Source: Lama glama (lineage: Eukaryota). Taken from it: DNA of 64,000 nucleotides. Position 1 is the stretch's first letter. The number at the start of each line of letters is the position of its first letter. The notes under the pieces are model-generated. The model made no database searches. It was not told the origin of the DNA and was given only the letters and a program-made list of their open reading frames with translations. The position numbers and the translations under genes are program-made. This document shows positions 23,942-36,975 of the stretch, piece by piece. The stretch is from assembly GCA_028534125.1 (NCBI GenBank), contig CM052817.1, positions 75,828,001 through 75,892,000 of the forward strand, written 5' to 3'.

Positions 23942-26900
23942 AAAAAAGAAACCTCAAAGATTTAAGTTGCCCCAAAAGTGTCTTCTTACAAAATGGCAGA
24001 ATTAGAATTTAGAACCCCGTGTCTGTTTCCACAGCCCACATGCATAACCAGACCTTATTGTCTAATTGTGTGTTAAAGTACTTTATTCCAGCAAGAGTTG
24101 TTGCTATGCCTTGTTTTCCACTTGACCTGTCTTGAATTGGGAGTAGCATGTGACTTTTTCCTATTACCAGCAAATTTTGTAGGACCCCTTTATCTCCTTA
24201 ATTTCTGCTTTATGCAAATAATGATTTAGTTAATGCATAGATATTTATAACTATTGTATTCTATTATGCATTGTATATTTTAACATAGAGTGTCTTTCTT
24301 TTGTTGGTAGGAAAATCCAATCCCTGCTTCCTTGTTATTTAATTTGTCTGATATATATTGCTCATGCCTTCATTTTGTTTAGCTTTTTTGAATAACTATG
24401 TTAGTCTTTCTTTTTCTACATCTCTTCTTTTTAAGATATCAGTTGTTAATTTAATTACCACAGGGAAGCTGGCTATGTCTTGAAATTGTAGTGGAGCAAA
24501 ATTTCCTGGCAATTTTGGTATACTCATTTTCAAGAGTTTGCAGTTTCTTTTTTCTTTTTTCGATTTTTTTTTTCTATTCCTGACTAATTCCAGTGCGTGG
24601 CTTACAAAGGCAATTTGAGGAGTTGAAGAATGCATTTTAGGTAAAAGAAATTCTTTGAATGGTAGACACTTTTGTAGTGTTATCAACACAAAAGCAGTAA
24701 CATATAATCTTGCTTCTAAGATTATGGCATAGTGAGAAGTTTTTATGCTATTATTCATTGCTTTTGAAATGTTGGCTCATGTATTTCAAACAATACTTGG
24801 TACCGGTTTCTGAGATTTCAGTGTGCTATATCCACAACAGAGTTGTCAAATACCAACTTGCTGAATATGTTAGGAAGCGTGTCAAAATATACTACTATTA
24901 GGCTACATCCAATAAAACTGTAAAAATAACCTACAACCTTTTTATTAACAATAGCTTTGATCAATTCTAAGTAAGATTATTATATTTCATTGAACATTTA
25001 TTCAAATGTAGTCAACATACATAGTCTAAATTTATCAAGGGGCAAAAAACATGCATTTATATCCTTAGATTGCAAATAAATTTAATAGAGGATGTATTTT
25101 TCATTAACTGAGCACTTTTGCATTTTCTCTGTATTACATTATTTTGCCTTTGCTTGTAGATGCCTTTGATATTAAATATTAATATGAAATTCAGCAGCTA
25201 AGATAAGGAAAATATAGGAATGGGAAACAGAATATCAAAAGTTTAGTTGTTTTATTTTTCTTTTTGTCTGAAGTATTTAATGTCATGGGTAGATATATAG
25301 ATGAATTAGTGAAATCAGTACTAAAGCTAATTTAAAAAAAAGAAAATCCATTGTTACTACATAATAAACATCAATAGAATGCACAGATGAATAAACTTTT
25401 ATTCTGGAAGGTTAGGTGTTCCCACATGGTTAGATTGCTCTTAATATTGTTATACAGCTAAAGATGATATCTCCAAAGACACCTTGCCAAAAGTGGCATT
25501 AACCAATTTGCACTTGGTATGTAGGCATTTGGCCATATCCATAGAAAGTAATAGATTTACAAGTGTTCTTATTGATCTGCAAATTCAACAGCCTAGTGAT
25601 AATTCATATTAGGGCTAATAAAGAACATCTAGTTTTTTGGCTGTCAGTAGGAGCAAAACTCCATGTGCTCAACTTCTACCTTTAAAAACAACTTTATAAT
25701 TCATCAAAGTCATACTTTCAAACTACAAATGCCTTTTTAGGATCTTAATTTGTTTCATAAAACATTATATTGTATTTCATCTACATAAAACATAATTTAT
25801 TTCATTTTTCATCATTTATAAATCTTATATAATTATCTTGATATTCAAATTGTTTGAAGGCCTATTTTCCTTTAATATTTGTAAAGTAAGTAAGATTATT
25901 ACATTCCATTGAACATTATAGTTCTTATAATTCTATAAATGTGAACAAATGAAAAAATTGAAATAGTCAAACAAGGTCTGAAATATAAGAATCCTATATA
26001 ATTCAATTTTTTTCCTTTTGGTAACTTAGCTTGTTGAATTATATTGTATTTTAGGTCAGAGAGGAAATCAGAATACTTAATGGTGTGTGAGAAAAGTTAT
26101 TCTAAGCTATGTGTGATGAAATGGAGAAACAGATGTAAAGATAGGTAGAGATAGATCAGAGGGGGAAAAAGGAATTAGATTAAGTTTGCCAGAGTAAGTG
26201 ATTTAGTAATCCAAACACCAAAAAGTACACCAAAAATATTTTTCCATATGGACATTAAAGAAGGCTCAACAACATTCATATTAAATGAAATGACTAGAGT
26301 GGAGTTTTTACCTGATTATCAGTTGTTACTTAAGAGTCAGTTAAAACGTTCTTATGTCTTCAGTATCCAAAAATGATGATAAAGTGACGTCTCAAACTAG
26401 GATACTGATGAGTAAAACCAAATGTTGAAATAAACATGAGTAATGAGAACAGAGAGATAATCTATTTCCAAATGTTGGAGATCAGGACTTTCATAAGTAA
26501 GAACATTAAAATTGTTCTATATAGTCTGTACTTAAAAATACACAATAGAAGACAGAAGTTTTCTCTTTAAGTTGTTGGTTTTTGAGGGGGCCTGAAAATC
26601 TATGACCCTAGAGGAATTCTACTTTAAGTTATTTTTCTGCAATAGCATCTGAGCAAGGCAGTGCCTGAGTTGCCCTATCTAGTGATGCAACGTATAGTTT
26701 ATTGTATCATCTCTCCTAGATATTTATATTATCATATATGTTTGATACTATTCTAGAAAGTCAGGAAAGAGGGCTACATGGAATCAAATGAAGTATTTAA
26801 AGTAAGTCGTTCTGATTTATTGAGAATAATTTTTATGCATAGTAAAGTGATCATTGAACCAGAATTACCAAACTCTTACTAACAAAACATTTTGCATTAA

Positions 26901-29900
26901 TCCAGAATTTCTTTTTTTCCCTGCTGAAAATATTTTTCAGTTCTGTGACAATCATTTTACAGAATCCTTTGTAAAATTTTAAAGTTATTCTAAGAATAGG
27001 ATTCTAAGTATTTAAGAAAATATTTGACATTGTAGAAACCAATGTGCAATGGCATGAGAGAAAATTGTTACAATTTTCAGGAGATGAAAGAAAAAGATTG
27101 ATTAAAATGGGTAAATAGGAAAAAAGTACTCCAAAAAATCTTTAGATCCTGTTGATTTTAATATGATATATTTAAGAAGCACATTCATAACAATTTCCAG
27201 AAATTGTATGTATAAAATATTAGCACATAATAAAGAAACATCAACAAAGCAAGGAGGTAGATTTTAGAAAGGCACTCAGTAATAAATCATAGTCATCATC
27301 TAATTTGTTCAAAACAATTATTTGAAAAACAGTAGGAAAACGAAAGTGCTTTGTCTTATCCTCAAATGATAGTATAAACTAAAACTTAAAAAGTAAAGGA
27401 CTTTATAAGTCATAATTCTCTGATCAATACCAATTAATTTTCTTGCTAATATATACTGCTTAACACAGATACTATTCTAATTTCCTATTATTTCTAAAGA
27501 GCAAGTGAAATTCTCTTCCAGCACATATGGTATTGCATTTAAAATTTTAGTTATAAATCTAGGTAGAGATCTGCATTCAGTATTTCAAAGAGAGCAGTTT
27601 ATTATAAATTAATCACCAAATAGATAACTGGGAATAAGGTATTTTCTAAATGAATACAGGTTATTGATAAACATTATGCCAGTTTCTGTTCATATTTAAC
27701 AAATTTAGCTTTGGAATGAAGCTTTTCCTGCATAAAATACCCCATCAAGTCTGTATTACCACATATATATAGGTGTATTTAATTTCAATACAGTCTTTAG
27801 GATATTAGATAATATGATTATGTAAATAAGACTAAGCTATGATAATTACAAGTTAAGCCTTTGTAAGAAAATGTATTATATACCTAAATACACACTTCTT
27901 TTAAGGTAGCTCTAAGTATTTTAAATAGTAAATGTTAAAAACAACTAAATATTGATAATTAATCATTCTTGGGTGCTTACTATATCCTAAGTACAGACTA
28001 ACTGATTAAAGAATTCTTTTTGATTATATCACATTTTTTTCCAGAAAAAAATTACAGACTATTGTATCTTTTATTTAATGTGTTTCCATAATATGATTAT
28101 AGTGCTTTTAAAATACATAAAGTTACATTTAATTAATTCTGTGGTTTTCAACTTCATATAGGACTGAGAAAACACTGATTGTTACCCTTTTTTACCCCTT
28201 GTCTGAAATGCAAGGAAGCCATCTAGTGTTTGCAGGAATAATTTTTACCTTCCAAAGTAATTAAATGAGAAAATAAGGGAGTCATACTTTCAATTCTAAA
28301 CTCTGCTTTGTAGTCTTCTGTGGGAAATTTATGAATTTAATTTTTAGCCACAGTTAATAGGTCTGGTAATTCAAAAATAAATATAGAAAATAAATAAATA
28401 AATACAAATCACACTGTAAGTTAATCATCTGAATGTTCTAAAAAGCATATATGCAGCTTAATGCTATTTCAACTGAGTCAATATACAGAATAAATGTCTT
28501 TAAATGTGTATTTCAATATTTTCCACTTCTCTCAGTCTGTTTCATAAATCTATCAAAATAATTGTTTACAAAATATGCAATTTCTAACCTCTTAGATTAC
28601 AAAAAAGTAAAAATAAATCAATTATATTAATATTTTACCTAAAAGAAATTATATTCTGAAATTCCTGATGCTAGCACTAGACATGTTTGAGATTAAATTG
28701 CCCATTCACTGTCTTTTGGAAGGAACACACTGTGACACAGGAAAAGACAGTGTCAGAGGGAGAACTAAGGTTTCCTGAGTCACAGGTCTGCATTCCTTTT
28801 ACATCAACAGTTCCCACCATGCTCAAAACAAAACAAGACAAACATGAGACATTTCACTTCTAACTGAATATTTCATTCTATATTTTCTCCTTATTGCAAT
28901 GATTTATATCAGTGTATAGTTTTGCTATGTTATATACTTTGGATTGTACCACTCCAAGCCAATTTAAATTGTCCAATACAGAAGTCAGGTCAAGCTTTGT
29001 TCTTACCATTTTTTCACCACGTACCTTGAAGAGCTTGAAAACTTATTTGCACAGTCTGTTTCAAACAAAAGAAAGCAGATGGTTTTGAGATGACTGAATT
29101 CTCAAATTGCTAATAATAAAGAACCAAGTGGTCATGATTTTCATGGTAGTCATTGCAATATTCATTTTCCAATTTTCAGCAATAAGAAACTATTAAAGAA
29201 AATATAAAATGATATCTATGATATTTGTGTAAATTAGTATTTCTCCTTGTGTTTGCTGAGTTAAGTACCATGGCTCAATTATTCAGCTCACATCCATCCA
29301 GAGGAATTCTTTCCATCTGTTTGAATCCATTTTAAACAGGATCATTTAAGAAAATGAACTTATAATAACATATGGTAACTAAATTCAGTATGGCTTTTCC
29401 ACTGCATTGATCAACTTAGAGAAATTCTCTTATGCAAATACAAATGTTCACAAGCCAAAGTTTTTCCTCTAGCGTAGCTGTTGTTCAGAAGATGAGAAGG
29501 AAAATTATACTTTTCAGAAGGTGTCAGTTGCATATGTTACTCTCAGTCCTATTTGGTGGCCTGGGATTGTATCACGTATATGGTGTATGTTTCCCTTGAG
29601 GAATTCAAGGGATTTTGGTTATTGATTTTTAAAGTACTTTGAAGTTTACTGTTTAAAGTTGCATTTATATTTATGTTAAACAGATTCAAACTTGTTGGTT
29701 AGACAGAAGACTGACTGTCTAAATTTAATAACTTTATAAGTTCAGACAGTTCTGTACAGGGAGAAAAATGATGAAATAACCTTCTAATCAAGTAATGTAG
29801 TGCCCAGGCTTGTTTGACTTGACTTTCTAGCTCAATAATGCCTTTAGTTGAAACTCTGTAATTCACAGTGTTAGAATATTTTGCAATTCATGATGGAACA

Positions 29901-32898
29901 CTTTGTTGTATCATTGAAATTTTAACAAACAGGTTAGAGTCTCTCTCTTTTGTTTAATTTGCTCTCATTTTACTTTCTTGGGAAGACTTTAATATTATGA
30001 AATGTTAATGAAAGGAAATAGCAAAATAAAGTTAGGTATATCTTACCTATGCCAAAACATACCTATGTACAAATACAGGTATCTGTTATTCCAGGACAGT
30101 TTCTAAGTATTCTCCATATTACTCTTCATGCACACAGATCTCTTTTATACAAACTTTACCCCTAAATTCCGATGTTCCTTATAATCTCTGTGCTACCCAC
30201 CTTCACTGAACCTTTCTCTACTGTTCAAACCAGGAAGCCATAGAAAACTCTGAAACATCTAGATGAAACTTGAAAAGTGAGGTAACTTGGTAATTTATGC
30301 AAAGAATTAAAACATGATGAATGCTGTGAAGAAAGACAATAAATGAAGCACAGGGTGACAGTTGATTCATAATGGGCACTATGGAAAAATCCAGGATTCG
30401 TAAAATTTATGGTTATTTTCATTACTTTATTGCTGAGTTTTGTCTGTCTTTTTCACTGAAAATCAAAGACCATGAGAACAAGAGATTATGTGCACCATTC
30501 ACCATTGTATATCCAGTTCCTAAAAAAAATGTATATAATTATATTTGAATTATCAGTTCTCCTGACCCACCCCCCACACTCCTGCCTCTCCTATTTCCAT
30601 TTTTGTACAATAAACTAATGACTGATACAGTGTTGCTCAGCAGAATTTTAGTATCTTATTTTTTTAAATATTTTCTTCTGTTTTGGTCTATTAAATGTTG
30701 AAATCACTAAATAGCTCTTTTATTAAAGCAATAACTGAGGCAATCTTTTCATAAATCCTGGGACAAAGAGAGAGAGAGAAAGAAAAGAGGGGAAGAGAGA
30801 ATAATTTATTTACTATCTTGAAATCATATTGATCTTAAGTAATATCCAAAATAACTTGGAAGGAATTTAATATTGAGGCAAAAAATCCCACCCTATACTA
30901 TTAAAGAATAAAATTCCCCAGACAGAAAAAACTCAAACTTAATATTGAATTACTGTTAAAAATTCAACATTAAAGATTAAATAAATATTAAAATTCTTTA
31001 ATCTCTTTTCTTTGGTCCTATCTCATTTTCTGTCTCATACTTATCTTTGACTATATGTTTCTTTGGCAGTTTTAATTAGCATTTTTTAGTGTGTTATAAA
31101 CAAACCTTGTTTAAATTATTATCTATGAGAAATAATTTCTGTATCCTTACCTTGAATATAAATGATTTAGCTGAATTTAAGTACCTCAAATTGTATAGTG
31201 TCAGGCTTTGCTATTGTTTTTGTCAAATATACCCTCCAAATTCGAGATATATATGTACTATTGATGTATTCATTATAGCTATATAATATAATGCTTACTA
31301 ATAAGCCTTTTCCTAGTTTAAGGTAAGTTAGTAGAAAGACTACCTCATTTCATGTCTTTTTAAATCATATTAGCTTAAATATGGACTTGGGAAATACTGT
31401 TAGAACAGATACATTTTTTATGGAATATATCTATAAGGAAGTTGCAAAAAGACAATGAATATGCAAACCTATACATTGAGAGTGTCCTTCAGAATATAGT
31501 TATTTCTTTCTTCTGGAGAATAATGGGTAACCTTGTTTGCAGTTCAGATATTAATGTGTTTCACTGTTATAATATATTGTGATTCAGAGATGACATTTTG
31601 TTAGCATGATTGGGACATGGAAATGTCCTTAGTTTTTTTTTTTCTCTCTCTAAATCTAATAAATCAGAACAATAATAATTAGACATTTTCCATCCAAATA
31701 GGTCTTAAAAGGATGAATCAATGAGAATTAACCCCCAAATTAAAGACATTTCCCATGTGCATATATCCCTTCAACATTTTATCTTTTTTATTAGAATGTA
31801 ATATAAATTTTTTTTTAAATTTACTTTGTAAATTATTTGAAGTTACTTAAAGGAAGGAATTTTTTAATCCTGTTTCTATACCTAAAATGTAGTAGGTGCC
31901 TAGTACAGTTTAGATGCTTAATAAATACTTACTGAAATAATGAATCAGTGACTTACCTTCTAATATAATGACTTAAGATTTGAGAGATCATTATGTCATT
32001 AGCATCTTGCTTCAAACGTACAGGATATAAAAAGCAAATGGTTATGAAGAGGAATAATTATAAATGATATAGGTGAAGAACGGGAGTATACTCCTGCTGT
32101 GATTGCTACACTTATCCTTTTCATACGGTATCTGAGCTATAACTCTACTTCTCTGTGTTTCACTAGCTATTCAAGATGGGGCCTACATAACTGATAGTCT
32201 TCCAAAAAGAAACATTAACACCATATTTGTATATGTCTTATTCATGTTTAGAAGTGTATATCTGACCCATCAGTTTATATATCCTGGGACCAAAGACATT
32301 GGATATTAAAGGAGAGTGCTGGGAAATAGTCATCATTGCTACAATTTATTTTTTTTCTCTAATATGTGCAATATAACTTCTCTAAAGTTTTTAAAGTTTC
32401 TATTTTGCATGCTCAATTAAATTGAAATGTTTGAATAGGCTTTTTAGGGATTGAATTTGCAGTCAGTTAACATTTACTGAGTGCCAAATATTGTCAGGCA
32501 TGGTTCCAGCTTCTAGGCATATATTAATAAGACAATTACCATTCTTTGCATGCACTTTACACTATCATGGAAAAAGTGAAGTAGGCTGCCAGTAAATAAA
32601 CCAATCAGCAACATGATTAAATGTTTGTTTATTTTTATTCTTTTTAACAAAAGCCTAGACGGAAAGTTATAACCTTGAAAAAATTAATCAATATTTGAAT
32701 TATACTTGTCTACAACTTGACTTTAGATTTGGCAATGGAGCACAAGGAAATTTTAGTTCAAACCTAAAAGAATGCATTGCAATAGCATGGTAGAATGTCT
32801 ATAGAATATTTACTAAATATGTATTATATATTAAATTATATACATATATACACCAAATATGTATATATGTAAATAGATATATAGATATATATTGTGTG

Positions 32899-33712
32899 CA
32901 GAATACTTCATAGATGTTATAGGTTTAGTTCCAAACCACTGCATTAAAGGAAATATCACAGTAAAGTGAGTAACACAATTTTTTTCATTTCCCTTTCCAT
33001 ATAAAAGCTATGTTTATAGGATAGTGTAGTCTATTAAGTGTGCAATAGCATACATCTCAGGAAACAATGTACATACCTTAATTTAAAATACTTTATTGCT
33101 TAAAAATGCTATCAGCTGAGCCTTCAGAGAGTTGTAATCTTTTTCTGGTGAACGGCCTTACCTTGATGTTGAGGACTGTTGACTGCTCAGGGTGGTGGTT
33201 CTTGAAGGCTGGGGTGACTATGGCAATTTTTAAAAATGTGACAATGAAGTTTGCCACATCAATTGACTCTTTAACTTGAACACTTAGAAGCCATTGTAGG
33301 GTTGTTAATTGGCCTAATTTCAATATTGTTGTATCTCAGAAACTGGGGAGGCCCTAGAAGAGGGAGGTAGATAAGGGACTGACTGGTGGTGGTGAAGTCA
33401 GGACACATGCATTCATCAGTTAAATTTGCCATCTCATATACATGTGGTTCTTGGCCTCCTTAAATAATTACAACAGTAATATCACAGATCACTGATAATG
33501 GATTACCATAAAAATAGCATAATTATTAAAAAGTTTGAAATATTGCAAGAATTACCAAAATGTGGCACAGAGATAGGAAGTAAGCAAATACTGTTGGAAA
33601 AATGACACCTATGGACTTGCTCCAAGCAGGGTTGCCACAGAACTTCAATTTATAAACAATACAATATCTGTGAAGTGCAAAAAGCAAAGCACACTAAAAT
33701 GAGGTATGCCTA
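32899..33712 (-). mobile_element. Internally deleted non-autonomous Tigger1-type DNA transposon with both termini
   Basis: Degenerate TIRs 'cagaatacttc' and 'gaggtatgccta'; Tigger1 subterminal sequence at both ends; ~810 bp. Confidence 0.88.
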
Positions 33713-35704
33713 TGTGCATTTATATGTAAGTATATAAATAATTCTATACTTATATATGTAAATATTATAATTATATATTTATATATTAAATATTTAACGT
33801 ATATTACAGAGTACACACTGCTTTGGGGAATTTTTATTGAGCTTCTTAAGTATAATGTCAGAAAAAATATTAATAGAAAGTTAATAAATTATTATTTATA
33901 AGAAAAAACAATATTTTCACATTCCCCATCTGTAGATTGTTTTAGTGCATAAGTATATAATTTTTAATTTAACAGGATCTCAAGTTGAACTGTAACAGTG
34001 TATTATTCTCTTCTGTATTTCATGAAAATACAAGTAAAAATTGGAGAAATTCCACAGGCAAGTTGTTACAATAATAATCAACTTGCTATGTGTAAGATTC
34101 ATTTACAGAAATTTCCTTCCCTTGACCTTCAGAATTTCATGGTTATTTTACAAATGAAGAGCATATTTAGAAAGGAAATCTACAGATGCCTCAAATAAAT
34201 GAATAATAAATTAAAAGAAACAACTCTGCTCCTTACTAAAACTTACCAAAGCAGCATTTTAGGTTTTTGCTGTTCACTGTAGTCTGAGTTCGTGAAACAC
34301 AGCTATTTGGTGGAGGTGTATTGAATAATAAAAGAAGTCACTGCAAAGTCAGTGAGAGGAATATTTTGAAAGCTCTTTTCATGAAATATATATTTAAGTT
34401 TTTTTAGACCTTTCTTAAGAGCTAAGGAATAAAAAATACAGCATGCCATAGTCAGCAACACACTCAAAAGACGAAATTGTGTCTATCAAAACAATTTCTA
34501 CAATGCTGTAGATACTTTTGAAGGAAATAACACTGAAATCAGTTGAAGGTGAATCTGATAGATGCATGCCATTAGGTTTTTGACACTGAAATGGATAAAT
34601 GCAATAAAATCAATAGTGAGAAATGACAAGAAAGCAAAATACTGACAAAGGCTAGGACCTCTTAAACAGTTTTCTTCAGAACCATAATTTAATCTTATAT
34701 TGTCTCTTCAAATTTTATTGCTTAATGGTATTCTTTTATAAATAAATTATTTTAAAAGAGATTTCACTTTTTAATGTCTATATCCAGAGAGTTTTTCTCA
34801 CTGTTCTTGAAAATTACAAAGACAGTAGGTATGATTATAAAGGTATGTTAGCTAATTAATTTTAGAAGACATCATTAAATAGCATAATTGGATAGCCTTG
34901 TGGCTTATCTTAAGATTTTATTAAAACATTTCTAAGACTTAAAAAATAAAGAAAATGTACAAAGAGTGAATAAATACTAAGGCAAAATGAAGTAAGAGAT
35001 TGGATCTATTTAAATCTAGAATCTACCCAAATCCCTGAAGTAAAAAAGAAAAGAAAGAGAGAAAGAAAGGAAGAAAACTAAATAAATATAGGAAGGGAAT
35101 AAATACCATCTAGAGGCCAGAAATTATTGGGGAACTCTTGGTAGATAGAAAGCAGATAAAAGTAGAAGGAACCAAGGAGCAATCAATACACTGCAGGAAG
35201 GCCAGAGTGAAAATGACAGATTCAGAGAAATGCCTACCCTTCTTCAGCACATAGAAAAGCCACACACACAAAGCAGTTATAACCATCAAGGGGATTACAG
35301 ACTTGCACCCCAGCAAGAGAAGAGCAACCCCCCTACCCCGAAGTATCTGACCTAGGCTAAATTCGCAGGCTAACACTCTTGAGAAAGTGGGAAGGCTTTG
35401 TAGCGTGGCTGAGGGTATGTAAGTAAAATGGAAAAGTGTTTGAGAACTTTACAACACTGAGCAGCAGGGCAGAAAGAAACAATCCAAGGGGAGAGAAACA
35501 CTAATATCCTTCATCACCAAAACAAAGACCCCCTGGGCTGAAGTGGTGAGGAGGAATAAGACAAAGAAAATATGACCTATTAAATGGTAGAAATAACAAG
35601 GAAACGTGGAAGTAGAAAATGTGGTAGCCATAACAATAACAGCGACAACAGAAGCAATATAATAGCAGTAATAGTAATAATAAAATAGTAATACAGTTGT
35701 GCTG

Positions 35705-36030
35705 CAACTATTTATTATTTACTGAGTATTTATTTATTATTTCAGGACTCACTCTAAATGTATGGTTTGGTATTGATGTTTTCAACACTCATAACAACCA
35801 TAGGAGGTAAGTACTGTTTTTCTCCTGTTGTTGGATGTTAGAAAACAAGGCATAGAGTATTTAAGCAAATTGCCCTTGGTAATATGATCAGTGTATATTG
35901 GTTACCGATTGTTTGACAACAAGGAAAGGAAACAATTAGGCGAATTAACTAAATTAGCCACAGTCAAAAGTTGAGGAGATGCTACTAAAATCAGGCATTT
36001 CATCTCCAGTAACAGATAAGATTAACCATG
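35705..36030. mobile_element. MIR SINE remnant
   Basis: 'atttactgagt...cataacaaccataggaggtaagtact...gaaaacaaggcatagag..ttaagcaaattgccc'. Confidence 0.6.
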
Positions 36031-36749
36031 CTGTATGAAATCTCTCAAAAATATATTATGTGTTAAGAAAGCCATAATTTTTAAAAACAAGCAAGCATAG
36101 AGAAATGTTTATATAGTTTTACCAAAATATCCTATTCAGAATATATTAATATTTTCTAAAAATCAGTAAAAAAAAAACAAAAAACCAAAACAAGAAACTA
36201 GCCCATAGATAATTAGTCCTGCAAGAAACTAAACTTTCCAGAAAGTCCAAAATATCTGTTCTGTGTCTCTTAAGCATTTCTCAAGCCTTGGTAACCCTTG
36301 ATAAACACACCCAAGGTTATACCCCAAATTGGTAGTGTCAAGTATATCTTAGAATAAGCATGATCAAAAAATAAAATGTTTATTAAAAACATTTTCATTG
36401 AGATTTGTTAGTAAGTGTTAAAATGGAAAATTTAGTGAGTATTTATTTCAGGACTCATTCTAAATGTATAGTTTGGTATTGATATTTTCAACACTTTTAA
36501 CAACTATGGGAGGGAAGTACTGTTTTTTTCAAATGCTATAGATAGATTTATCAATAATACCACTAGGATCATTAGTACCATCTATGTGAATAGATTAATT
36601 TATACTTGACATCATATTTGAATGATGACATATTCCATTTCATAACTGTAGGTGGATGAGAGACAGTGTTCTTTAAGGAAAAGGATACTGGATGAATTCT
36701 GTCCCAAATTGCATCACATGTTAACCATGTGAATTTAGGTGATAAATGA

Positions 36750-36975
36750 GGCCATGTATTGGCTAATGTGTGTTGAGTCTATAAAATGCTTTAACGTATG
36801 TAAACTTATTTGATTGCCATAGTGTGAATTAGATGTCAGTATTATCTCTGTGTTATCAAGTGTGAAACCTTAAGCTTAGGGAACTTCAGTAATTTTACTG
36901 AGGTCTTATCTGTCAGAAAAAGGTAAATCCTGAAGTAACTGAGAATTTTGGGCCCAGACACAGTGCTTTTTAACA
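36750..36975. mobile_element. MIR SINE remnant
   Basis: 'gtgaaaccttaagcttagggaacttcagtaattttactgaggtc' MIR core-like. Confidence 0.45.
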
